DNA of 64,000 nt from Cetorhinus maximus. Lineage: Eukaryota. Under the pieces are notes generated by a model. It ran no database searches. It was not told the DNA's origin and saw only the letters and a list, made by a program, of their open reading frames with translations. Position 1 is the stretch's first letter; each line of letters starts with the position of its first letter. Positions 23,701-35,710 of this stretch are shown here, piece by piece. Location of the stretch: the NCBI RefSeq assembly GCF_964194155.1, contig NC_135889.1:54746001-54810000 (forward strand), read 5' to 3'. The position numbers and the translations under genes are program-made.

Positions 23701-26205
23701 TGTTTCTTTTTCTGGACTTTTTTACCCTTTGACTGAAAATGTCTGTGTGCCTTTTGAAATTAAGACATTGTGTTATCTTTCATCTTCGGCTGTGATTTTT
23801 GACACATTTTTATTATTGGATCTTATAAAATAGAAAAGAAGTGTGCAGAGCAACGCAGTACTCAATTCTGAACAAAACCACAACTGAATTTTTTAACCTT
23901 GATGATAATGTTTTTATTTTGATGAAAATTTTTAGCACTGAGGGGTTGAAAAAGTAATATGCCTTTTTGTGAGCATACGTATGTCTGGATAAATTGAAAC
24001 CTACATAGGTTATTTATAATGTATTTTAAAATGGATTTAAAACAAAGTAACACTTTTTCAATTAATGAGTAAATATGAAATAAGGATATGGTACATATTT
24101 CATCAAATATTTGATGAAATTATGTGCATTTTTTTAAAGCCTGAATATTTTCATGAGCATCTTTTTCACATTTCTGAATAACCATATGCTATCTTGTGTA
24201 CAGTTAATGATGTGTAGGATAGCCTGAAATAACCCTGACAGCTTCCTGTAATAATAGATGTAACTTCCAGGTTGAGTGCACTGCTAGGCATGTGCAGAAG
24301 CTCAGCAATATTATTAACAATGATTGCCTGCTAGCTTTTTTTTTGCCTTGCGAGTAATAAAATAGCAGTGATAGGGTCCTTTGACCTCGCAGCTAAAGTA
24401 GAGAAGTACCCTAATATACTTGTCTATTTTACCTTTTCCTTTATTTGACAAACAGTTCCTGACCAACAATCAGTTTTCAGGTGGGTTAATTATGGCAATG
24501 ATTTGCTTTCTTATAGTGTTCTCATATTTTAAAACAATATATATCTTTGTAATCTACCTACATGGGAGTTTTCTGCCATAACACTATTGTCTTTAAACCA
24601 TGAGAATGAGATGTTCTGACTATTACATACTGCTAAAACCCCAATACATTTGGCTCAATGATCAGTGAACAACAGGCATGTCTTCTATCTATTTTCTCTG
24701 CCTTAGGTTGCATTTTCTGGTATTGTGGAGCATTGCATCAAATGTTCTGATTAAGAACTACCAAATCATTGAATATTCAATGGTTCAGTGAAAAGTGCAG
24801 GAGAGCATGCCAGGAGCAGCACAAGGCATACCTAGAAATTAGGTGTCAACTGTTGAAGCTACAACATAGGAGTACTTGTATGCCAAACAGTGGAAGCAGC
24901 ATGCGATAGGCAGGGCTAAGCAATCCCACAACCAGTGGATCAGATCGAAACTCTGCATTCCTGCCATATCCAATTGTGGATGGTGGTAGACAATTAAACA
25001 ACTAACTGGAGAAGGAGGCTCCACAAATATCCCCATCCTCGGTGATGCTAGTGCCCAGCATAACAATACAAAAGACAAGGCTGAAGCATTTGCAGCCATC
25101 TTCATCCAGAAGTGCTGAGTGGCTGATATTTATCAGCCTCTTCCTGAGGCCACCAGCATCACAGATGTCAGCTTTTAATCAGTTTGATTCATGTGATACT
25201 AAGAAACGGCTGGAGGCACTGGGTACTGCAGAGACTATAGGCCCTGACAACATTCTAGCAGTATACTGAAGGCTTATGCTCCAGAACTAGCTGCGCCCTT
25301 AGCCAAGATGTTCCAGTACGGTTACAACACTGGCATCTACTCAAAGATGTGAAGATTGCCCCGGTATATCCTGTCCACAAAAATCCAACCCAGCCAATTA
25401 CCACCCCATCAGCCTACTCTCGATCACCGGCGAAGTGATGAAGGTGTTGTCAGCAGTGCTATCAAGCGGCACTTACACAGCAATATCCTGCTTGCTGATG
25501 TTCAGTTTGGGTTCCATCAGGACCACTCAGATGTTGAACTCATTACAGCCTTGGTCAAAAGCAGGACAAAGGAGCTGAACTTGAGGTGAGGTGAAAGTGA
25601 CTGCCCTAGACATGAAGGCAGCATTTGACTTATTGTGGCATCAAGCAGCTCTAGCAAAACACTGGTCAGTGGGAATCGTGGGAAGGGGGAAAACTCTCCA
25701 TTGGTGGGAGTCATACCGAGCACAAAGGAAGATGGTTGGAGACCAGTCATCTCAGCTCTTGGACATCACTGCAAGAGTTCCTCAGGGTAGTGTCCTAGGT
25801 CCAAACATGTTCAGCTGCTTCATCAATGATCTTCCTTCCATCATAAGGTCAGAAGTGAGGATGTTCACTGATGATTGCACAATGTTCAGCACAATTGGTG
25901 ACTCTTCAGATACTAAAGCAGTCCGTGTCCATGTTAATTAATACCTGGACAACATTCAGGCTTAGACTGATAAGCGGCAAGTAACATTATCGCCATAGAA
26001 ATGCCATGCAATGATCATCTCCAGCAAGAGAGAAACTAACCATCTCCCCATGACATTCAATGGCATTACCATCACTGAATCCCCCAATGTCAACATCCTG
26101 GAGATTACCAAAAGCTAAAAGCTACTGCGGATGCTGGAAATCCAAAACAAAAACAGAATTACCTGGAAAAACTCAGCAGGTCTGGCAGCATTGGTGGAGA
26201 AGAAA

Positions 26206-26248
26206 TCAGTTAACGTTTCGAGCCTTCACGGCCCTTCGGCAGAACTGA
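26206..26248 (-). ncRNA. Putative minimal hammerhead motif (inverted pseudo-LTR arm)
   Basis: Exact reverse complement of 27321-27363. Confidence 0.6.
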
Positions 26249-27320
26249 AGCATAGTTAGGAGAAAGGAGAAATATAAGCTGGTTTAAGGTCTGGGGGGCG
26301 GGGGAGGGGGAAGAGAGAAGTTGAGGGTGTGGTGATTGTGGAGATAAGCAAGCCGTGATAGGAGCAGATAATCAAAAGATGTCACAGACAAAATGATCAA
26401 AGAGGTGTTGAAGGTGGTGATATTTGTCTAAGAAAAGTGCTAATTAAGAATGGAAGACAGGACACTCAAAGTACAGCTCTAGTGGGGATGGGGTGGAAAA
26501 GACTAACAAGGTTTTAGTTTTAGATTTAAAAATAATGGAAATAGGTGGGGAAAGAAGAATCTATATAAATTATTGAAAAAAAAGGTGTGGGGGGGGGAGA
26601 AACGGGGTGGGGATGGGGGGAAATTTCACTTGCATTTCCCCTAACTTAGTCTACTGCATTCGTTGCTCCCAATGCGGTCTCCTCTACATTGGAGAGACCA
26701 AACGCAAACTGGGCGACCGTTTTGCAGAACACCTGCGGTCTGTCCGCAAGAAAGACCCAAACCTCCCTGTCGCTTGCCATTTTAACACTCCACCCTGTTC
26801 TCTTGCCCACATGTCTGTCCTTGGCTTGCTGCATTGTTCCAGTGAAGCCCAACGCAAACTGGAGGAACAGCACCTCATCTTCCGACTAGGCACTTTACAG
26901 CCTTCCGGGCTGAATATTGAATTCAACAACTTTAGATCTTAAACTCCCCCTCCCCCCATCCCCACCCCGTTTCTCCCCCCCCTTTTTTTTCAATAAGTTA
27001 TATAGATTCTTCTTTCCCCACCTATTTCCATTATTTTTAAATCTAAAACTAAAACCTTGTTAGTCTTTTCCACCCCACCCCCACTAGAGCTGTACTTTGA
27101 GTGTCCTGTCTTCCATTCTTAATTAGCACTTTTCTTAGACAAATATCACCACCTTCAACACCTCTTTGATCCTTTTGTCTGTGACATCTTTTGATTATCT
27201 GCTCCTATCACGGCTTGCTTATCTCCACAATCACCACACTCTCAACTTCTCTCCCCCCCCCCCCCCCCCCCCCCCCCCACCTTAAACCAGCTTATATTTC
27301 TCCTTTCTCCTAACTATGCT

Positions 27321-27363
27321 TCAGTTCTGCCGAAGGGCCGTGAAGGCTCGAAACGTTAACTGA
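27321..27363 (+). ncRNA. Putative minimal type-I hammerhead ribozyme motif (variant core)
   Basis: TCAGTT-CTGCCGA-A-GGGCC(GTGAA)GGCTC-GAA-ACGT-T-AACTGA: perfect 6-bp stem I, 5-bp stem II, palindromic ACGT in place of stem III. Confidence 0.65.
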
Positions 27364-29211
27364 TTTCTTCTCCACCGATGCTGCCAGACCTGCTGAGTTT
27401 TTCCAGGTAATTCTGTTTTTGTCCTGGAGATTACCATTGACCAGACCTGTACTGGACTAGCCTTATAAGTATTGTGACTACAAGAGCAAGCCAGAGGCTG
27501 GGAATTCTGTGGCGAGTAACTCACTATCTGACTCCCGAAAGCCTGTCCACCATCTCCAAAGCACAAGGCAGGAGTTTGATGGAATACTTTTCACTTGCCT
27601 GGATGATTGCAGCACCAATCAAACTCAAGAAGCTTGACATCATCCAGGACAAAGCAGCTTGTTTGACTGGCACTGCACCTGCCATTTTAAGTATTCACTC
27701 CCTCCACCACCTATGCACAGTGGCAGTGATGTGTACCATACATAAGATGCACTGCAGCAGCTCATCAAAGCTCTTTAGACAGCACCTTCCAAAACCGCAA
27801 CCTGGAAGGACAAGGGCAGTAGATGCATGGGAACACCACCACCTGCAAGTTCCCCTCTAAGCCACTCACCATCTTGACTTGGAACTTTTTCGTTGCTCCT
27901 TTATTGCTGCTGGGTTAGAATCTTAGAACTCTCTTCGCAGCACTGTGGGTGTACCTACACCAGATGGACTGCAGCGGTTCAAGGTGGCGGCTCACCACCA
28001 CCTTCTTGAGGACAATTAGTGATGGGGAACAAATGCAGGCCTAGTCAGTGATGCCAACATCCTGTGAAATAATTTTTTTAAAAATCAAGTTTTTATTTCT
28101 TGTCTGAACAAATATGATGGCGTTCCATTTACTTCACCTAGATTTATCATTGGTTTTAATTCCTTTGTTTTAATTCTTCATTTGGCTTCACTTCCACCAT
28201 AAGCAGGGCATTTAATCCACATCAGTGACTTTTATGCCAATTTAATTAGTTTCTTACTTTGTATTAATTTAATTTCAATTTTCATGTTCTTTAAGTGTTC
28301 ATTTTGAGGTTTAATATTTAATTTCTTTGTTACTGGATTGTGTTGAGTGTTCACTTCTAAAAACCTGTACGCATAATGTCATATTACCAACTAAAATGCA
28401 GAACTAAATTGTGTTTAATCTGTGGATGCATTAAAAGGCAACACTTTCAATCTATTCATTGCTTAAAAAAATACTGAGGCCAAAGAATATCAGGGCCACC
28501 TACTTGTTTTGCTGTTATAAAACCAGCAGAGATCAGAAGTGTATCCACCATTAACTGCAAGGAAATTCATCTCCTACAATAATTACTAGGGATGAAATAT
28601 ATGCTTATCACCGGGCCGTTATATTATTGACAAACCTCCATTTTTTAAAACTTTAATTGCACCATTGGGTATGAAATTGTGCTGTACCTTGTGCCACAGA
28701 ATCCACTGTGTGCTGAATTAACAATATTCCATCAAGTGGCATGAAAGTAATTACTGGGGAATGAAATTGCATTGGGCATGTGCAGGGGGATATTTTTTAT
28801 CCTGTTGGTAGATATTCGTAAATTGGTTAAATTGGTGCCTGTGAGCAGAAGAGTAAGTTGTTATCCTTCATTGGAAGTCTACCATTTGTTGAAAGAATAA
28901 TTTCAACGTGGGAAGCACACTAGAATCTGATCAACCGTCCTGCCATTGAATCCGGAGGATGCGGAAGAGGCATTGCTGATGGAATTTCTCTAGTGCTCTT
29001 GCGTGTTGCTGATACATAGTCCAGGTACATTCTCACTGAAGTGCAGGTGGTGACAACTGTTCTGTACGTCAGGACTTTCACTGGTTTGATTGTCAAACAC
29101 TCAATGTCGTAGTTTGTGGAAGGCTGAGGTGGTGCAGCTGATCCGGTGTTGAATCTCCCCATCAGTGGTGGCCATTTTGAGAGAGATGGCTGCCAAGTTA
29201 TGGGAATTTTA

Positions 29212-31742
29212 AAAATTCATTCATGGGATGTGGGCATCTTTGACTAGGTCAGCATTTATTGCCCATCCCTAAGTGCCCTTGAGAAGGTGGCGGTGAGCTG
29301 CCTTCTTAAACCGCTGCAGTCAATGTGGTGTAGGTACATCCACAGTGCTGCTAGTGAGTGGGTTCCAGGTTTTTGACCCAGTGACAGTGAAGGAACGGCG
29401 ATATATTTCCAAGTCAGGATGATGAGTGGCTTGGAGGGGAACTTCCAGGTGATGGTGTCCCATGTATCTGTTGCCTTGTCCTTCTAGATGGCAGTGGTCA
29501 TGGGTTTGGAAGGTGCTGTCTAAGGAGCATCGGTGAGTTCCGGCACTGCATCTTGTAGATGGTACACACTACTGAAACTGTGCTTGGGTGGCAGAGGGTG
29601 TGAATGTTTGTGGTTGGGGTTCCAATCAAGCGGGTTGCTTTGCCCTGGATTGTGTCAAGCTTTTTGGGTGTTGTTGGAGCTGCACTACACAGGCAAGTGG
29701 GGGGTATTCCATCATACTCCCGACTTGTGCCTTGTGGATGGTGGACAGGCTTTGCGGAGTCATGAAGTGAGTTACTCACTTCAAAATTCCTAGCCTCTGA
29801 CCTGTGCTTCTAGCCACTGGCTAATCCAGTTCAGTTTCTGATCAATGGGTAACCCCCAGGATGTTGATAGTCGGGGATTTAGTGATGGTAATACAATTGA
29901 ATGTCAAGGGGACATTCTTGCCCCCTTTCTTTCTTATTGGAAATGATCATTGCCTGGCACTTGAGTGGCGCGAATGTTATTTGCCGCTTGTTAGGCAATT
30001 GTAGATATTGTCCAGGTCTTGTTGCATTTGGACGTGGACTGCTTCAGTGTCTGAGGAGTTGCAAATGGTGCTGAATGTTGTGCAATCATAAGCAAACATC
30101 TCCACTTCTGACCTTATGATGGAAGGAAGGTAATTGATGAAGCAGCTGAAGATGCCTGGAATTCCTGCAGTGATATCCTGGAGCTGAGATGATTGACCTC
30201 CAACAACCACACCCATCTTCCTTTGTGCTAGGAATGGCTCCAACCAGCGAAGAGCTTTCCCCTGATTCCCATTGATTCCAGTTTTGCTAGGGCTCCTTGA
30301 TGCCCACACTTGGTCAAATGCGGACTTGATGTCAAGGGCAGTCACCCTCACCTCACCTCCTGAGCTCAGCTCTTTTGTCCATGTTGGAGCCAAGGCTGTA
30401 ATGAGGTCAGGAACTGGGTGGCCCTGGCATAACCCAAACTGGGCATCCATGGGCAGGTTATTGCTAAGAAAGTGCCACTTGATAACACTGTTAATTGCCC
30501 CTTCTGCTGCTTTACTGATGATTGAGAGTAACTGATGGAACGGTAACTGGCCAAGTTGGATTTGTCCTGCTTTTGTGTATTTGTGTATAGGACGTTCTGC
30601 TATTTCCACATAGCCGGGTAGATGCCAATGTTGTAGCTGTACTGGAACAGCTTGGCTAGGGGTGCAGCTAGTTCTGGAGCACAAACCTTCAGTACTATTG
30701 CTGGAATATTGTCAGGGCCCATAGCCTTTGCAGTATCCAGTGCCTTCAGCCGTTTCTTGATATCACGTGGAGTGAATTGAATTGGCTGAAGACTGGCATC
30801 TGTGATGCTGGTGCTCTCCAGAGGAAGCTGAGATTAATCATCGGCATTTCTGGCTGAAAATTGTCGCAAATGCTTCAGCCTTATCTTTTGCACTGATGTG
30901 CTGGGCTTCCCCATCATTGAGGATGGGGATATTTGTAGAGACACCAACTCCCATGAGTTGTTTAGTTGTCCACCACCATTCACGACTGGACGTGGCAGGA
31001 CTGCAGAGCTTAGGCCTGATCCGTTGGTTGTGAAATCGCTTAGCTCTGTCTATCGCTTGCTGCTTCTGCTGTTTGGCACGCAAGTAGTCCAATGTTGTAG
31101 CTTCACCAGGTTGCCACCACATTTTAAGATATGCCTGGTGCTCCTCCTGACATGCTCTCCTGCACTCTTCATTGAACCAGGATTGATCCCCTGGCTTGAT
31201 GGTAATGGTTGAGTGTGGGATATGCCGGGCCATTAGGCTACAGATTTTGTTCGAGTACAACTCTGCTGCTGCCAATGGCCCACAGCGTCTCATGGATGCC
31301 CTGCCTGTCAGGCTGTTGTTTGACTGGCCTGTGAGACAGCTCTCCCAATTTTGGCACAAGCCCCCAGATATTCGTAAGGAAGACTTTGAGTCGACAGGGC
31401 TGGGTTTGCTGCTGTTGCTTCTTGTGCCCAGGTCAATGCTGGGTTGTCCATCCAGTTTCATTCCTTTCAGACTTTGTAGTGGTTTGACACAACTGTGTAG
31501 CTTGCTAGACCATTTCAGAGGGCATTTAAGAATCAACCACATTGTTGTGGGTGTGGAGTTACATGTAGGCCAGACCAGATAAGTGAACCGACAATGGTTT
31601 CATGGTCACCATTAGACTTTTATTTCCAGACTATTGTTGAATTCAAATTTCACCATCAGCTGTGTTGGGATTTGAACCCAGGTCCCCAGAGCATTACCCT
31701 AGGTCTCTGGATTACTAGTCCAGTGGCAATATCAATAGCCTT
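29212..31742 (-). mobile_element. LINE family B, near full extent: tRNA-SINE head, ORF2 with internally deleted APE, RT and 3' tail
   Basis: 5' ~260 bp matches the SINE head, including B box GGTTCAAATCCC. Then APE start (LTNIWGLVPKLGELSHRPVKQQPD), a deletion, linker (HIPHSTITIKPGDQSWFNEECRR) and RT (QFGLCQGH, ALDIKSAFDQVW, FAYD). Confidence 0.9.
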
Positions 31743-31749
31743 AACACAT

Positions 31750-32335
31750 TCTAGAGCCTCTCCTTCGACATAAATGAGTGAGATATTTGGTTGACCAGGT
31801 GTGGGATGATATGAGTTTTCTTGCCAATATTCAAGGACAGGACAAGTTTATTGTAGGCAGAATTAAAGAGATTCAGACTGGCTTGCAAATCTGGTGCATG
31901 GACTGGACACTGTATGTGGATGGCCTAAAACTGTCTTCCCTGCCAAGTCCTGTTCTCTCAACCCTCATGGCCAACTTCCAGGGGAGGACAAAGAAAACAC
32001 TTCAAAGACGCTCTGAAGTCCTCCTTGAAGCAGAGCAGTATTGACATGAATAACTGTGAGGAGCTTGCAACCTATGGTTCTGAATGGCGACAACTTGTCC
32101 AACAAGTTTTGAGTCACAACACCTTAATGATGAGGCAGAGCGATGGCAGAGAAGGAAGGAAATGGAAGCAAATCCTGCACTCCGGATCCCCACGACCTCA
32201 TGGGACATCCTGCTCCATGTGCCCAAAGATATGTAGGTGGAGAATTGCCCTATTGATCACGTGAAGACTCATGGCAGAAACCCATGACTCTGAGTAGACA
32301 TCATCATCAAATTGAGGGACAGCTGACAACGATGC
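31750..32335 (+). mobile_element. RTE-clade LINE 3' fragment
   Basis: Frameshifted GRTKK..FKDALKSSLKQSSIDMNNCEELATYGSEWRQLV, and a C-terminal zinc-finger-like CSMCPKICRWRIAL..H..H followed by a short 3' UTR. Confidence 0.7.
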
Positions 32336-32734
32336 TCTCTGTGAATAGACAGAAAATGTGATTAATTTCTCATTTCACTTTTTCATTCATTCATGTCTGG
32401 AATATTCTTGTAAACAGGTGAAATAGCTTCCTGTTATGAGTTATACTCATTCCTGATTGCAGTTTACAGCCTGGCCACAGGCTGTTATCTTTTCACTGAT
32501 CTTTGTGTTTTTTTTTGGTATAGTTTAAGGAAGAAAAGAAATGAAGCTGCTTTTCCGTGGACTGTTTACTGGCCTTTTCTCAGATTGATTCATGTGGCAG
32601 CCAGTTCACATACAACAATGAGTTAAACAATCAGTTAGTCTGTTTTTGTTTTGTTTCCATGGATACCTGGAGAACATCTTGGTGGCCTTAGGAAAAAGTG
32701 CCTTGGGAGGAAAGTACAATTTTGCTGTCGACCT

Positions 32735-32860
32735 TAACAGGCATCACTGACAGAGCAGCATTTGCTCAGTATTGCTGCTGAAGTTTCACCCAAGGTTATT
32801 TGCTCAGGTCCTGCAGTGGGGCCTGAACCTACAGAGGAAGCTGCCAATGGAACCTGAGAT
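32735..32860 (-). mobile_element. Short Deu-domain SINE (SacSINE1-like) fragment
   Basis: ACAGAGCAGCATTTGCTCAGTATTGC...GCTCAGGTCCTGCAGTGGGGCCTGAACC resembles the head region of the copy at 42.7-42.9 kb. Confidence 0.45.
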
Positions 32861-33034
32861 AGCAGCAAATGAACTGGGCTGGTAGTGGTTATCATAATCA
32901 AATTGGTATGGACTGCATGTGAGCTTTTGCAATGCACATGATTAGGTGGAATTCTGCAACATGCACCAGATAAGATCTCCATGATTATCATGACCTGCTG
33001 TGCCCTTCACAATTTTACTGTTCAGGACCACTAT

Positions 33035-33410
33035 TTTTTTTTTTAAAAATCATTCGGGGTACATGGGTATCGCTGGCCAGGCCAGCATTTATTGCCGACC
33101 CCTAATTTCTCTTCATTGAGTGCTAGGTCATTTCAGAGAGTTAAGAGTCAACCACACTGCTGTGGGTCAGGAGTCACATTTAGGCCAGACCAGCTGAGGA
33201 CAGCAGCTTTCCTGCCTTAAAGGACATTGGTGAACCAGGTGGGTTTTTATGACAATTTTGTCGTTATAGTCACCAAGAATTATATCATAAGCTTTTTATT
33301 CCCTATTTATTTAACTGAATTTAACATCACCAGCTGCTGTGGTGAGATTTTTACTCGCCCCTGAGTCATTTGTCTCCAGCTTATTTGTCCATTAACGCTA
33401 CCATTTCCAA
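33035..33410 (-). mobile_element. tRNA-derived SINE with LINE-B tail (second copy)
   Basis: Collinear with 15505-15870 (GGCCAGCATTTATTGCC, GTTAAGAGTCAACCAC, TAGGCCAGACCAG, TAAAGGACATT); poly-T at the left end. Confidence 0.85.
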
Positions 33411-35424
33411 ATGATTTCACATAGCTGGAGAAAGCTCTGGCTCTAAAGATCCTGAACTATAGAGATCAGAATATGCAGATGACGTACATTTTGGGGAACC
33501 CTCATTGACAATAGCAAGGGTCACCTGAGGACCGATAATCTTCAAATGCAATTCAGTTTACGTTGACACCATAGCCTAACCTCCTTACCTGCTTGCCAAT
33601 AGAGATACTTGCTCAAACACTTCCCACTCTACTCCATGACAACAAATCAGTCCTTTTAGCCTCAACATGACTTGACCAATGATCAACTGAGTGAATGTTA
33701 ACGTCAAATTATTTATCCCTTTCCTGTATGACTATAATCTCCATGAGTAACAAAATATGCAGGTAATTCATTTTCATTTTCTTAATAGCATAATGGCCAA
33801 GTGCAAATTAAAAGAAATCACCCTCTTTCCTAACTCTGTTTCCCCTGGGTACCTCTGGGTGCTTTTCTCTCCTCTCCTCATGCTCCTTCTAATTGTCACC
33901 TGAGGGACAGGATTGCAAGAGATGGTTGCCGACTCATGTGGGACTGAAGTGGCCCCCCTAGCTCCTGGCATGGAGCAACTAGTGACTGCATCTCCAACAG
34001 GTACTCCAGGGATGATTGATCTTGCATCTCACTTCCATTGGCAGGGTAATCCGAGGGGAGAGGCTGGAGGCCTGGTGTGTGCAGCTGACCTGAGTGATAA
34101 TCAAATTGGTGGACTCCAGCCACTGCCATTCCACTTGACTCTACTTCTGTGGTTCCACTGATCACTAGGATATCCAGTATAATGGCAGCTATCAGATCTT
34201 GAAAGCCCTGAGAAATAAGCTACTACAGTCCAGAAACTGCAATCCATGCTGGAGTCCTGTCTGCCCCTTCATGCCTCGAGAGCGGCAGTGGAAACAACAA
34301 CTGGTCCATGCTATATCTTTGTGAGGGATATACTGCAGGGAAGATAAAGCTTCACTGCTGTTGCTGCAAAGTACAGTTATGGACTCAGGGTCATACTTGC
34401 CCCTTGCTGCACATACTGAATACAGAGAAAAGTGGCAGAAGGTTTAATGAGAGAGGGTGGTAAATAATATCACAGGAGGTCAGGCTGAGGGCCAGAGAAT
34501 TCTGGGGTCTGCTTGCACTGGGAACCCTTTGGTGCATCATATTGCACTGTGGAGTCTTTCAACAGCTCGGAAGATGTGGGAAAACCAGGAAGCAGCACAA
34601 CCTGAAGCATGCAGAAACAGAGTGGGGCAGTATTATCAAATTGACACACAGGAGTAGCACCAGCATCAAGAGGCACAGTGCCAGAGTTGCCATCAGCCAG
34701 GACAGGAAAGCAGCAGAATAATGAATCGACTCCAGTACAGAGGAAGACTGCGGAAGACCAGGAGCTGCTTTAGATTCAGTACTCTGGAATGCTGTGTTGC
34801 ATTTATGCTCTTACTGTATACAAACTCAGCAGGAAAATCCGAGCAATGTAAGAGAAGGGAATGAATAAAATGGGTAAATTATAGATGGTTTTCTGCTGTG
34901 TAGCCCTGTCTATGAGGAATCAACAGAAAAGCAGACTTCTATCTGCTTTGAATCCATTCCCAAGCTGAAAGAACTGTCTGCTAACCAATTACCCCACTCA
35001 ACTTCCTTGCTATATTTTCAATCAGCTGGTTAAATGCAGATTTGTAGAAGGTGAATAATACATTGAAACAATATTGATGGTGATCCAATTCTTTTAGCGT
35101 TTGGAGTTTTGGGATTTCTGAAATTCACTTTCAAGGGGATTTTTATGAAATAGGGCAGCGGCTTCCCTTGGGTTCATGGTGTAATAGATATCCATATAAG
35201 GATCAAGGCTCCTCATGTCTATCCTATAATTGATATTGAAAGCAGAGGTTTTCATTCGATTAACATTTAGGTGATATTTGGCCACCAAAATATCATTATG
35301 AATGTATGACTGCTATCCAGGAAGCAGCCATCGATAAACTACAGCCCATGGAAGCTGCATTTTTGGAAGAAACATTGGGGGAGGGGAGGACATTTCTTAT
35401 GAGACCAGGGCTAACTTCTGCCTA

Positions 35425-35710
35425 TCTTAGGATGAGATGTTAAACTGAGGTTCCAATGATCTATTTCCATGGGTTTAAGTACCCCGCGGCATGATTTGAA
35501 GAAGAACAGATGAGTTCTTCTGGTGCCCTGGTCAACATCTTTGCTGGAACCAACACCACCAAAACTGATTAATAGGTCATTTATCTGTTTGTCAAATCTG
35601 ACTGTGAGCAGATTGCTTGTCACATTTATTTATGTAATAATGGCTACACTTCAAATTGTAGCTCATTGACTCTGAAGTACTTAGGAACACCTTGAGGATT
35701 GAAAGGCCTT
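35425..35710 (+). mobile_element. Deu-domain SINE (SacSINE1/AmnSINE1-like)
   Basis: Deu-domain-like blocks GATGAGATGTTAAACTGAGG, TTTGAAGAAGA, CCCTGGTCAACAT, GGTCATT, CTACACTTCAAA. Confidence 0.7.

Larger units (their letters stand above)
26111..27421. mobile_element. Penelope-like insertion with inverted pseudo-LTR (minus arm 26111-26620, plus GIY-YIG and pseudo-LTR 26621-27421)
   Basis: Exact 15-bp TSD TCCTGGAGATTACCA (26096-26110 and 27422-27436). The GIY-YIG peptide matches that of the 9852-11239 copy from FTCISPNLVY to the stop. The left ~500 bp is the reverse complement of the right pseudo-LTR. Confidence 0.95.
24808..28085 (+). mobile_element. LINE family B, 5'-truncated, interrupted by a Penelope insertion
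   Basis: RT motifs QFGFHQDHS, ALDMKAAFD, VPQGSVLGPNMFSCFINDLP, FTDD; C-terminal RASQRLGILWR..RSLMEY; shared 3' tail at ~28000-28080. Confidence 0.92.

Noticed and set aside
27253-27280. Long poly-C tract or G-quadruplex as a functional element
   Set aside because: It is a slippage-prone tract in the Penelope repeat, differs between the arms, and homopolymer length is error-prone in assemblies.
33750-34800. GC-richer block with short ORFs as exon(s)
   Set aside because: No recognisable domain or consistent frame; probably a very old transposon remnant that I cannot classify.
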